NCBI GenBank assembly: GCA_964016885.1
Contig: OZ024747.1
Coordinates: 77,438,001 to 77,502,000, forward strand
Direction: 5' to 3'
DNA from: Eledone cirrhosa
Lineage: Eukaryota
Length of the DNA stretch: 64,000 bases
A model generated the notes under the pieces. That model did no database searches, had not been told where the DNA came from, and saw nothing but the letters and a program-made list of their open reading frames with translations. Shown in pieces: positions 29,100 through 41,967 of this stretch (position 1 is its first letter; every line of letters begins with the position of its first letter). Made by a program: the position numbers and the translations under genes.

Positions 29100-30578
29100 T
29101 ATCAAAATGAAAATCCGAAGGCAGGGTAAAATTTCCAATCATTTTAATCACGACACATGTTTCAATAAGAGATAGATCGATCGTGAAGCCATGGTCGATT
29201 ATCACTCATCTCGTCAGGTGAAAATGAATTGTCTTCAAATTCTTGATATGAGGGAGAAAATTAGCAATGTTCACTCACAGAGTTTATTCCCTCATATGAA
29301 GATCAAGCAGTCAGAACACAGCGACTGCCATCATCTTCAGTTAAGGTCATAAAACTATCAAGTTTCTATATCCCAATAGCTGCAAAAGACGCTGGACATC
29401 AATCAAATCTGTAGAATTACAGTCGGTCACAGTTAATGTGAGTGGGTACACACACACCGACTCGAGGTCAAAGAAAATATATATATACACATACCAACAC
29501 AGTATCAGATCTGTAGACCTATAGACGGTCACAATTAGTGTGAGTGGGTACACACACACTCACACACACACCGAAGCGATGTCAAATAAAAAATAATAAA
29601 TATAAGAATAAACCAACATAGTATTCACCGAAAGTTAGTTTACAAAACAACAAATGTTACATTGGTTAAATCTCAATTTAACGATATAAATTGGAAATAT
29701 TGGGTCAACCGCAAGTAAGTTCAGTTCAGTGTTCTGCTATACGTGTATAGATTGAATTGTAACATCCGTATCTCCAAATAGTGTATGTTATGGTATATAC
29801 ACATCCGTATCGTCCAAAAAAGTGTATGTCTAGGTATATACACATCCATGTGAAGAGCAAGCAATCAGCTCATATCGAACTCAGTATGTACCGCTTTTGT
29901 TGTTTTGTAAACTAACTTTCGGTGAATACTATGTTGGTATATTATTATATTTATTATTTTTTATTTGACATCGCTTCGGTGTGTGTGTGAGTGTGTGTGT
30001 ACCTACTCACACTAATTGAGACCGTCTATAGTTCTACAGATCTGATACTGTGTTGGTATGTGTATATATATATTTTCTTTGACCTCGAGTCGGTGTGTGT
30101 GTGTGGGGGGGGTGGGGTTGAGTGTGTGTGTGTACCCACTCACGCTAATTGTGACCGTCTATAGGTCTACAGATCTGATACTGTGTTGGTATGTGTATAT
30201 ATATATTTTCTTTGACCTCGAGTCGGTGTGTGTGTACCCACTCACATTAACTGTGACCGACTGTAATTCTACAGATTTGATTGATGTCCAGCGTCTTTTG
30301 CAGCTATTGGGATATAGAAACTTGATAGTTTTATGACCTTAACTGAAGATGATAGCAGTCGCTGTGTTCTGACAGCTTGATCTTCATATGAGGGAATAAA
30401 CTCTGTGAGTGAACATTGCTAATTTTCTCCCTCATATCAAGAATTTGAAGACAATTCATTTTCACCTGACGAGATGAGTGATAATCGAACATGGCTTCAC
30501 GATCGATCTATCGCTTATTGAAACATGTGACGTGATTAAAATGATTGGAAATTTTACCTTGCCTTCGGATTTTCATTT

Positions 30579-30583
<5 letters not shown>
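29100..30583. mobile_element. Head-to-head inverted element (family E) with a hammerhead near each outer end
   Basis: Arms 29100-29654 and 29896-30583. The right arm has an extra internal tandem unit. Confidence 0.8.
29148..29221 (-). ncRNA. Type I hammerhead ribozyme (intact core, family E)
   Basis: Minus strand reads tcac CTGACGA gatgag...cttatt GAAA catgtg TC gtga. The mirror copy at 30462-30535 (+) has GAC at the cleavage triplet. Confidence 0.82.
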
Positions 30584-30620
<37 letters not shown>

Positions 30621-30642
<22 letters not shown>

Positions 30643-30839
30643 CGAAGGAAATGTGGTAAGGAACCAGGTGGACCATAACGCACCAAAGTACTCAATACTT
30701 AGGGTAGTAGAGTGGGTAATAGGAACGAGTAGGACCCCGACGGCTAAGCTCAAGCCGTTTCGACGGCTAATTCTGGACTAAAAAATCCAGAATTAGCCGT
30801 CGAAACGGCTTGAGCTCAGCCGTCGGGGTCCTACTCGTT

Positions 30840-30845
<6 letters not shown>
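30621..30845. mobile_element. Family A palindromic element
   Basis: Arms 30719-30777 and 30786-30845, containing GAAA cggct-tgagctc-agccg TC ggggtc. Confidence 0.82.
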
Positions 30846-30886
<41 letters not shown>

Positions 30887-31116
30887 TTAATACATTAACA
30901 GATAAATCTTTTAGCGATACTCCGACCGACTCCCATTTCACTCAACAAACATTAGGATATACCTGATTATAATCCAAATTATATGTTTGGTGTGCTAACT
31001 ATATTGTATTTTGTGGATAGCCGGTTGTATTATTTTATATGATACATAATTAAATATATATATATATTATATTATATTATATTATATTACATATATATAT
31101 ATATATTATATTATGT

Positions 31117-31220
31117 CGAGGTTAACTTTACCTTTCATCCTTAAGGAGGTCGATAAAATAAAGTACCAGTAATGCACTGGGTAATTGCTGGCCTTGTGCC
31201 AAAAAATAGAAACAATTATA
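31117..31220 (+). mobile_element. SINE S1 3' part
   Basis: Same body motif as the other S1 copies. Confidence 0.75.
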
Positions 31221-31245
31221 TTACACACACACACACATATATATG

Positions 31246-31292
<47 letters not shown>

Positions 31293-32032
31293 ATATATAT
31301 AAAGACGAAGTTTTCTGTATGTGTGTGTATGTGTGTGTGGACAATTTTTAATGAGGGCTCATATATTCTAAACCATCATGCGATTTCTTTGAAATTTTTT
31401 ACAGGGCTTCTCTTTGCACAAAACCTGTACATGATCTACAAAGGCTTTCAAAAATCGATATTGGGGCCTTTGGAGACATTAAAAAATGTTCGGTTATTTG
31501 TGTCAATTTTCGTGATTAAGTAAGACAAGAGTTATCTTTAAGTAAGACAAGAGTTATCTTTCGTAATTCGGCTCATTCGGATTTTAATTTACTCTTTGTA
31601 CTTGAAACAAAAGGTACGCTTCCTTGAGACTAACAATATCATTTTGTATATTTCACAACCGGCAATTTCTAACAGATTACTAAGTTAAGTTATAGATTTG
31701 ACATTGTATAATTTATTGTTTCAAGCTTGATGTTCATACATTAAGTGATGTCATAACTTTTACAATAGTGTCCATTATTCACTTCACTTCTCTATTTCAT
31801 GATGCGCTTTTACTGTTGTAAAAAAATGTATACCTAGACTGGATTTCTGTTGTTACATGGTATAACGGATGACACCGAACTCACATATTAATTATTTCGC
31901 TGGAATAGTGCCTAAGGTTTTCATGTTTACATAAAGTACATTTTTCTTCTATGTATTCAAATTTACTTTGTTTAGTTTAATGAGGTACATCAAAAGCTAC
32001 TTGAACCGTTCAAAGGACGGGTAGTTTAGCTA

Positions 32033-32033
<1 letters not shown>
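31293..32033 (+). mobile_element. Non-autonomous Helitron
   Basis: atatatataaagacgaag plus (TG)n near the 5' end. 3' hairpin ccgttcaaaggacgg then CTAG|T. The 5' boundary is approximate. Confidence 0.6.
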
Positions 32034-32079
<46 letters not shown>

Positions 32080-32124
32080 GTAAGTATGTATGTATACGTA
32101 CATACATACATGTATACAGTAGTA

Positions 32125-32190
<66 letters not shown>

Positions 32191-32342
32191 CATACAGGTA
32201 CACATATATATGTACGTATCAGTTTAGCGGACGTTTATTATAACACCCGCTTTGTCCGTTTGTAAACAAACGGACAGCCTGATTTATGCCGTACGGTGTT
32301 AAGGCAACCACGTCACCTTTTTGTTCAACACTGACACAGGAA

Positions 32343-32383
32343 CGATGAACAAGTTTCAAGCTTCTTAGCTATCATCAGCACCG
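32343..32383 (-). ncRNA. Minimal type I hammerhead ribozyme
   Basis: Minus strand reads cggtg CTGATGA tagct-aaga-agctt GAAA cttg TT catcg. Confidence 0.78.
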
Positions 32384-32534
32384 TATACCCTTCTGCCAGA
32401 TGGTTGAACGTTCGAAAGTATATACTTTCCTTATGAAAATTAACGGCTGAGCAGCCTAATTTGCATATCGAGTGAGTTCAGTCGGCCAGGCGTACCGAAA
32501 ACGATAAGTTGAAATGGAATGAATATATGGAATG

Positions 32535-32602
<68 letters not shown>

Positions 32603-32728
32603 CGAAGGAAATGTGGTAAGGAACCAGGTGGACCATAACGCACCAAAGTACTCAATACTTGAGGTAGTAGAGTGGGGAATAGGAACCAGTAAGACCCCGA
32701 CAGCTGAGCTCAAGCCGTTTCGACGGTT

Positions 32729-32777
<49 letters not shown>

Positions 32778-32815
32778 TTGCGAGGTTTTTTATATGAAAT
32801 CGTGTGTCGAAACAG

Positions 32816-33790
<975 letters not shown>

Positions 33791-33791
33791 C

Positions 33792-33838
<47 letters not shown>

Positions 33839-34051
33839 TATATATATATATAAATTGAAATAGCAAATAGAAGGCTTGCCGTAACATTTGACTAAATAAT
33901 ACAGTCTAATACCGGGGCGTATAAACCGACTGGGTGGAAGAAGATGGGTGTCAGCACACAGCTCCCATGGGATAAAATGGATTCCAGTATTCGTTCCACC
34001 TCTCTCTGCTCCCTGAGTTAAAATTCCTCCGAGATCAACTGTACTTATATA

Positions 34052-34099
<48 letters not shown>

Positions 34100-34146
34100 A
34101 AGGAAAAGCGAAGTAGTTTCAGATGTTCAAGTCCTTTAATAATAAT

Positions 34147-34220
34147 GCTGTGATATATATTTCAGTGACGACACTGGCCACACTGTTCTGTGTGGGAGTG
34201 TCGTGTCATCATCAGACAGC
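34147..34220 (-). ncRNA. Type I hammerhead ribozyme (intact core)
   Basis: Minus strand reads gctgt CTGATGA tgacacgacact...agtgtcgtcact GAAA tatata TC acagc, about 50 nt from (TA)n. Confidence 0.85.
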
Positions 34221-34992
34221 TTGTTACATAATAAGGTTGTTTCCGAGGCAATCCAAATTGGATCGACAAGGGAACGGATGAATTGCGTGTTCTTGGGTTT
34301 TTCATCCGCTCCCTTGTGAGTACCAATTCACCCCCACCGGCCTGCGCAAGCGCATGTCCGAAGGAAGTTGACCATTCGCCACCGCAGACTTCTACGAAAT
34401 TTGCTTAGTCAGTTCACCCTGTCATCCAAAACAATGGCCCACCAATGCCTGTACCATATTTTACTGCTACCCATCACGGCTGTGGCAGTCAGCCGAGAGC
34501 CAGAGGAGATGGGAGAGTGTTAGTTTTTACAGGTCATACTACTACCCCTCACTAAGCGTTGACGGTACGACTGACCATCACCTTATAAGGGAAAATAAAC
34601 TTATTCTAGGTATCATGGTTTTACGTTGGAAGTTAAGAGTGAGAGTTGGAAATAAAAATTAAAATCCTAAATCAAATATCAGAAATTATAAATTAAACAA
34701 TTAAGAAATTAACAATTAGAAATAAAAAAAGAATTAAAAAAATTCTTTTCAGGTGATAATTCGGATTGAGGTGAGTAAAAATATAGACTTTCTGTTGCTT
34801 CACCATTTTGTTTGTTTACCCTCGCGTCCCCTTTATTTACGTGTCCCAACGACTTTTTTTAGCCGTTGCTCGCACCAACCGGAGGTATATGGTCTTTAAA
34901 GCGATGAAATGCCTATGATGGTTGGAAGATCACTGATGAAGGACAAACTTTTTTCATATGTAACCCATTTGCAACTCCGCAGCGCCCTTATT

Positions 34993-35042
<50 letters not shown>

Positions 35043-36026
35043 TACAGTTGAGAGAGAGAAAGTGAGTGTGAGTGTGTGAGTGTGTGTGTGTGTGCGTGTG
35101 TGTGTGTGTGTCTACAAGTTAGAGATAGGAAGAGAGAGAGAGGCTGTGTGTGTATATCTGCGAGTGAGAGAGGAGGAGAATGAGTGAGAGGAGAGAGAGA
35201 GAGAGATATTTACATAATATCCTGATGGGAATAACAAAAGTGTGAGTTAATTTGAGAGAACTGTGTAAATATCAACAGTCAACCGATCGTGGTTAGGAGT
35301 AATGTTCTAATGACAGTCACCTTCAAAGAACTTTCATCATTGTCATTTTCTAACATCAATTTCCTAAAGAGCTCTCTACATAATCTATTATAATTAAATA
35401 TTAACTGACGTTTTTTTATTACCACCCTCTGACACCCCACTCTCACTCCCTACACACACACCCCCACCACCATCACCCTCACCCCCTACCTCCACTGCTC
35501 TCTACTCCACCTCGTGAGACAACTGAAATACCACTGGCTAATTTGCATTTTCTTCTAGCTGCGTCTCTTTCTTCTCTCTTCACTTTCTCATTCTTTTCTT
35601 CCAATTGGTCTTTGTTTATTCTTCCTACCTTTCTTTCTATCTTCTCTTTCATTCTCTTTTGGAATTCAATTCTTTTTTTTTTCTTTTTTTTTTTGGCTTC
35701 TATCTTCTTTATTTCATTTTATTTTTTATATTTATGTATTTCTGTTGGGTTTTTTTTTCTGTGTTTGTGTTGTTTGCATGGTTAGGAAATTCATAACTAA
35801 ATGGTGTCGAGTTCAGTCCTACTGCGTAGCATCTGCGGCAAATACCTTCTATTCAAGACAGTTCTGGCTTTACCTACAATCTATAGCTTACGGCCACACA
35901 TCCTCGGGGGACACATTTTATATATATATATATTGTTGTTTTATCATTAGTTTATATTCTTTGACACTAAATCATCAAAAATTATATATCGCTGTCGCTA
36001 CAGATAATAATAGCTTTATTATGGAT

Positions 36027-36207
36027 TGGCAGAACCGGTAGAGCATCGGACACCATGCGTCGTGGCATAGAGTTATGGCCCATTACGTTCTGAGTTCAAA
36101 TCCCGCCGAGGTTAGCTTTGCATTTCATCCTTACATGGTCGATAAAATAAAGTACGTTCCCCTCCCCACAAAAATGGTTGGCCTTGTGTCTAAATGAAAA
36201 ACCATTA
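36027..36207 (+). mobile_element. SINE S1
   Basis: tRNA-like head plus S1 body. Confidence 0.78.
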
Positions 36208-36489
36208 TATAGAAACTACGTTCTATGACAGCTGTAGCTTGATAACGTCTGTCTTCCCCATTTGGTGGATGTTGTGGTCCGGTTCGGTTTGCCGAAATTC
36301 GAGAGTAGGTCGTGGGCTGGTTTAGCAGGAGTCATGACAGCAGGTTGGCGTTCGGTTTAGGGTGTTTGTTCAGTGTTTGTGGACTGATTGGAGCAATAAC
36401 CGTCTTATTTACGTAGTTATCTCCCTTACACCTTTCACCCGTGGTTTTGTATCGCTTGTGTGAAGTGACCGTTTCCGCGCATGCTGGTT

Positions 36490-36666
36490 CATACGGTTGT
36501 TCTTCCTGTTCCGTATAACCATGACCAGTCCGAGTTGAAGATCCGCTTAAGGTGAAACAATTGTTCTCGGTATGGTGAACTAACTGTTGTGTAACCACTT
36601 CTACCAAACTTGTCCCATGGACTGAGTGCTCTACCACTACGGATATTACCTTCCAGTGTTCTACCT
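36490..36666 (+). mobile_element. Family C 3' end with a hammerhead motif (TTGAAGA variant)
   Basis: cgag TTGAAGA tccgcttaaggt GAAA caattg TT ctcgg. Homologous to 22059-22206. Confidence 0.7.
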
Positions 36667-36677
36667 ATATATATATA

Positions 36678-38109
36678 TCACATAAGAAACGGAGAATCAG
36701 TGTTGCGACGAATAAAATTTATAAGACAAACTAGCAGTAAAGCCCGGCGTTGCTCGGGGCTGCTCAGTAGCTGTGTTAAAGTTATAATGTTAAGTTCCTT
36801 TCTTGGCTTAAAAACTGTACCTTATGAAGTTAAGAAAACATAACTCGAATGTTAAAACAAAAGAGGATGCTGGGGATAAAAACTGCACTGGTAATCTATT
36901 AACAAAAATCGAAAATGTAAACACTGCAACACTTGTTTCATTAGCGTAACCAAACTATCAGTTATTTTGAAACAAAGAAATTGGATGGACATGAAAAACA
37001 AAAACAAAAATGCAATTTTATCGCCTATCACCTCTCTGCACGACTGTCTGTCTGCACAACTTTATCGCCTATAGCAGTAAAGCCCGGCGTTTTTCGGGGC
37101 TGCTCAGTAACTGTGTTAAAGTTACAATGTTAAGTTCCTTTCACATTCATCTGTAGAACAAACGTAGCCCGTGTCAAGTTTTGTGAAAATCGGTTGTGAA
37201 CTCCAGAAGTTATGACGTTTTGTTGCATTGCACTGCAGTGCTTCAGTTGATTCCAAGGAAGTGGTTAAAGGGGGTTATCTGCCGGGAGGCCCTATAATCA
37301 ATATCGGGAAAAATGAAAATGCCCATGACCATCCGGAGTACATAAGTAACCTATGTCTTAAGTTTGGTGAAAATACTATAGAAATGCATAAGGTTTACAC
37401 AACACGCGCGTGCGTATGTTTGTGTGTGTATGTATTTGTGTGTGCGTATGTATGTGTATGTCCGTCGGCGCATACGTATGTACTGGCCTAAATCTTCACT
37501 ATTTACTTTTACTATTTTAAGGCAAAGTTAAAATCCCGTCGAGGTTAACTTTGCCTTTCATCCTTACGGGGTTGATAAAATAAAGTACCAGTAATGTATT
37601 GGGTAATTGCTGGCCTTGTGCTAAAAGTAGAAACAACTATTTTAATAATCTATATCATTTTCGTTTACAATTTTATTTACATCATTCTTAAACTCCGGGG
37701 CTGGAAATCATTCGGTTATTTTAAATAGAATACTAGTCTAACGACTCCATTTATACCATAAACTTGGTCTCGTCTTTGCATGAAATTGTTCTTCTCGGTC
37801 CACATAACGACGTATTATCCTCGCTTTTTTTCTGTTCATTACCAGGGAACGTCTTCACGAACCAAAATATCGTCTTCCTGTTTTCCTTCGGTTGCAGCGT
37901 TTCTCGAAATATTTAATTCTGCGTTCACATATTGAATATTTTAGTTTCAGAAGATCCCGTTAATGTTGAAAGCAGCGATTCTTTGCTTAAACTTTCTTTC
38001 TTTCTCAACCACTCTCCCTTTTTTCTCATACCCTCTCTCTCTCTCTCTCTCTGTCTTTATATATATATGTGTTTGTGTTTGTGTGTGTGTGTGAACCAGC
38101 GTTCATCGC

Positions 38110-38181
<72 letters not shown>

Positions 38182-38732
38182 CTATCTCTCTATCTATCTA
38201 TCTATCTAACTCTATCTGATTATCTTGTACCTCTCTCTGTATAACGACCTATCTCACTCTCTCTCTCTACATCTCCCTTTCTCTCTTTAGATGTATATAT
38301 ATATAGAGAGAGAGTTGCAACATGTATGTAGTTTCATAGATTGTTGATGGTAGTAGACAGACTGAATAAGCGTGTAAGAGAGAGGGTTACAGCATATATT
38401 TAGTTTTATCGATTTCTTTTCATAGAAGCAGGACATTTTTCGCAAAAGTTATTACGCGTTGACCATCCTTGGTAAATTTGGAGCACATTGGGAAAAAAAT
38501 TATCAAAATCGGTAGAGAAATGTGGAAATGCATAAAAATCATACACACACACAGACAGATATCTTCCGTTTTATATATAGAGAGATTACAATCGTTTCTC
38601 TGGCGACCACCTCGAGGCACGATCGATGTAATGATCGAACCTGACTCTGAAATCGCAAGGTCCTCAGATACGTCTCGTAATATGTCTAATAAATTTTGTC
38701 GTCGCAACACTGATTCTCCGTTTCTTATGTGA
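36678..38732. mobile_element. Fold-back MITE interrupted by a Helitron
   Basis: Inverted ends tcacataagaaacggagaatcagtgttgcgacga at 36678 and its reverse complement ending at 38732, flanked by TA. Confidence 0.72.
36731..38585 (-). mobile_element. Non-autonomous Helitron with duplicated 3' end and nested SINE
   Basis: Minus strand 5' A|TCTCTCTATATATAAAA at 38585 and 3' cccgagcaacgccggg...CTAG|T at 36731. The 3' end is repeated at 37072-37142. Removing the Helitron restores the MITE arm. Confidence 0.68.
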
Positions 38733-38808
38733 TATCATACTCTGCTCTGCAAGAGCATCGAGTGCTCAAACGGCCTACAGCTTACGGACGCTTTAAGCAT
38801 CCCACACC

Positions 38809-38887
<79 letters not shown>

Positions 38888-38894
38888 GAGTCGG

Positions 38895-39113
38895 TCGACG
38901 AGATCCCAGACATCGTCAAATTGGACCGAGGAAACAATGTTTCCATTGGTCTTTCCAATTGCTAATACTCTCTACCGGTTGTAAATACAGGCAGAAGGAG
39001 CAATGTGAAATAAAGTGTCTTGCTCAAGGACATAACGCATCTCCCAGTCCGGGAATCAAACTCACAACCTTACTATTACGAATCCAATTCTCTAACCACT
39101 CAGCCACACGCCT
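38895..39113 (-). mobile_element. SINE S2 (diverged copy)
   Basis: Reverse complement homologue of 33583-33790. Confidence 0.78.
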
Positions 39114-39689
39114 TTAAATATGAATTATTCTTTACCATTAATTTAATATATAAACCAATAATCATATATAATTATTTTTAAAATTTTACCTAAAACTTTT
39201 TAGAGAAGGGCCTCAAATTTAATATAGCTTAAAGCCTCAACAGTCCGACCCTGACTATAGACGTAGGAGGAGTGACTCAGTGTCTAATGCCCGGCAAAAT
39301 TATATTATAAGTGGTAACATTCCTGCAACAATTAATTTTCTACCACTTACAATATAATTTTGCCGGAGATAGATTAGCAAAATTTAATAAGCGGCGAAGG
39401 GAGTGATTATTCAAGACCCGAGAGTACTCTGTTTTCATAAAATAAATGATCCTAAATTTCTAGCCCCAAGAAGTGGTTTTTCCATTTGAAAATCCTCGTT
39501 TTATCGGAAATGTTTTTCAAAATGAATGGGGGGGGGGGGGGGGGGGGGCACTAGTTTTGCTATTTTCTCTATGATAATAACAACCATTTTCCAGAACTGA
39601 CAAGAGCTGTCACTCTTTCACTACCGCCATCAATAACAACAACAACTAACACTAGCGAAAACTAAAAGGAAAAACGTTTCCTTTATAAG

Positions 39690-40130
39690 ACACCTGGGAT
39701 ATTGTCAGGCACTCACAGCCCTCTACCAGTTGAGCAATGTAGTCAGTGGAAATTCCGTGTCAGCGTTCTATAGAGGACTAGCGGTGGACAACAATAACGA
39801 CATCCTCGGGAAAATTTTAGGCACCAACCACAATGAACTGACAAGTTTGTTCCGGTGGTCTTTCAGTTCGGTGACGAAAGATAATTTCCAAAAATTCCTG
39901 ACCTCGCAGTGTTTACCCGGGTGCACAACCGGTTTGAAACAAGCTATACTGGCACGGATGTGTTGTCAGACGGACCTGTCCGTGCTGCGCACAGAGCAAT
40001 GAAACCGTTTTGCACGCACTCGTCTAGTCACCGTGTATTGCTGACTTGTGGAATGAATTTTGTCGAACAGCAGATAAAATTTGACTCATGAGCAAGGCTT
40101 GGCCCAGGCTTGTTTCCAGGTAGCTAAATC
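39690..40130 (+). mobile_element. Degenerate Tx1-like ORF2 C-terminal fragment
   Basis: FYRGLAVDNNNDILGKILG...LTSLFRWSF...DNFQKFL aligns to FYRGLVEGKCDDVLGEALG...LTSMFRRTF...DNFQKSL of ORF 45109-47556. Confidence 0.8.
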
Positions 40131-40435
40131 TTTCTCTCAAATTACACTCAAACAGTCTAAGACTAAGAAGGGTGATATATTAGACACTGTAGTCCAACAT
40201 GTTTTATTAGCACAACAGGAATACCTTTCAAATCGGTTTGTCTGCTCTATCTTGACTGACCTAAGTCTAAATAACTACAATTCTCTGTATTTCTTTATCA
40301 GACCAAGCAATATGTTTGTCCCTATTTCCTCCGGAAACCTGCCACACTTCAGCCATAACTTTATATTTATTCATACTGTCGGTGATTATTGTTTTAAGTG
40401 TTGTTGTGTGTAGGGAAAGGGGAGAATGCACATAT

Positions 40436-40815
40436 AAGTGTGTGTGTATGTATGTTAGTGTATGTCTGTGTGTATGTGTGTGTTAGTATGTGTTGAAGGG
40501 GAGTGTGCTTGCAAGTGTATGTATGTATGTTAGTGTATGTATGTGTGTATGTGTGTGTTAGTATGTGTTGAAGGGGAGTGTGCTTGCAAGTGTGTGTATG
40601 TATGTTAGTGTATGTATGTGTGTATGTGTGTGTTAGTATGTGTTGAGAGGGGAGAGTGTGCAAGTGTGTGTATGTGTGTATGTGTGTGTGTGTGTATGTG
40701 TTAGTATGTGTTGAGGGCAGTGTGTATGTTTGTATATGCATGTATGTGTGTGTGTATGTGTGTGTTAGTATGTGTTGAGGGCAGCGTGTATGTTTGTATA
40801 TGTGTGTATGTGTGT

Positions 40816-40883
<68 letters not shown>

Positions 40884-40950
40884 GTATGTGTTGAGGTGAG
40901 AGTGTACAGGTGTGTGTATGTTTGTATATGTGGGTATGTGTGAGTGAGTG
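40436..40950. repeat. TG-rich ~60-70 bp minisatellite plus (TG)n
   Basis: Recurring gtgttagtatgtgttga(a/g)ggg. Confidence 0.88.
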
Positions 40951-40959
40951 TGTCTATTT

Positions 40960-41245
40960 CGGGGTTTCCCCAACCTTTTGGGTCCGGGGGCCGGATGCGC
41001 AATTAATACTAATTATATACAAATAAGTAATCATTTATTTATCCCTTATGTTAGATTTGAAACAAAATTCAATATTGATACTTAGAGCTGAAAAATACAT
41101 TTAAACATGGTTTTATTCGGCAATATCGATAGATCGGGTGCGAATTTATTGCAAACTGTACCCTTTTTAGAACCCTTGCGGGCAGGATAAAGGCCTTCGC
41201 GGACCAGATTGAAACCTTTCGCGGGCCGGGGGTTAGGGACCCCTG
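40960..41245. mobile_element. hAT (Charlie-like) MITE
   Basis: Imperfect TIRs cggggtttccccaacc and ggttagggacccctg. Perfect 8-bp TSD GTCTATTT at 40952-40959 and 41246-41253. Confidence 0.85.
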
Positions 41246-41409
41246 GTCTATTTTAGGTGTATCATTAGATAAAGATGAAACTGATGGTGCTATGTTTCAG
41301 AAAGAAAGTAGAGCACTTGCTATAGAGGAGTAAAGGGGTTTCTGTGTCTTAGACATTTAAAGTCTAATCTACTATGTCAGTCCTTGTTTGATTATGATTT
41401 TATACATAT

Positions 41410-41720
41410 CAAGCGATGTCTGAGCTTGAAGCTTTTTTTAAGTGAGGAAAGGCTTTACACGGGGCCAATCCCACTCTCTGAACATCGAATGCATTTGCCC
41501 CAAAAGAAGAACTGGTCTACATCATTGGATGCAAACGAAGTCGCAGGTTTTTTTTTTTTTATCAGAGTGACCTTCCCCTAAAGAGATGTCTTAATGAAGA
41601 CTTGGAGTCTCTCACTCAAAAAAGAAAAAAAAAACTTTATTTGATGGCCGTTGACTCTCCTGAGTTCCTCCGCCATTTGACGGGTTTTATTTTTCATCCC
41701 GCAGGGTGTCTAAATTCACA
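41410..41720 (-). mobile_element. Old diverged relative of the bipartite RTE-derived element
   Basis: Collinear similarity to 42178-42462, e.g. aaaagaagaac..gtc.acatcattggat and gatggcc.ttgactct. Confidence 0.7.
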
Positions 41721-41859
41721 TGTATATATACATGTATGTTCATCTTTACACATTTTTGGATGCCTGTTGACTCTTATGAGTTCTTTGTCAGGTTTTGTTT
41801 GTTTTTTACATGTTACCAGTATTGTTGAAGAGCGAGCTGACATACATACACACATACAT

Positions 41860-41894
<35 letters not shown>

Positions 41895-41967
41895 GACACA
41901 TACATACATACATACATACATACATACATACATACATACATACATACACACATACATACACACATAC

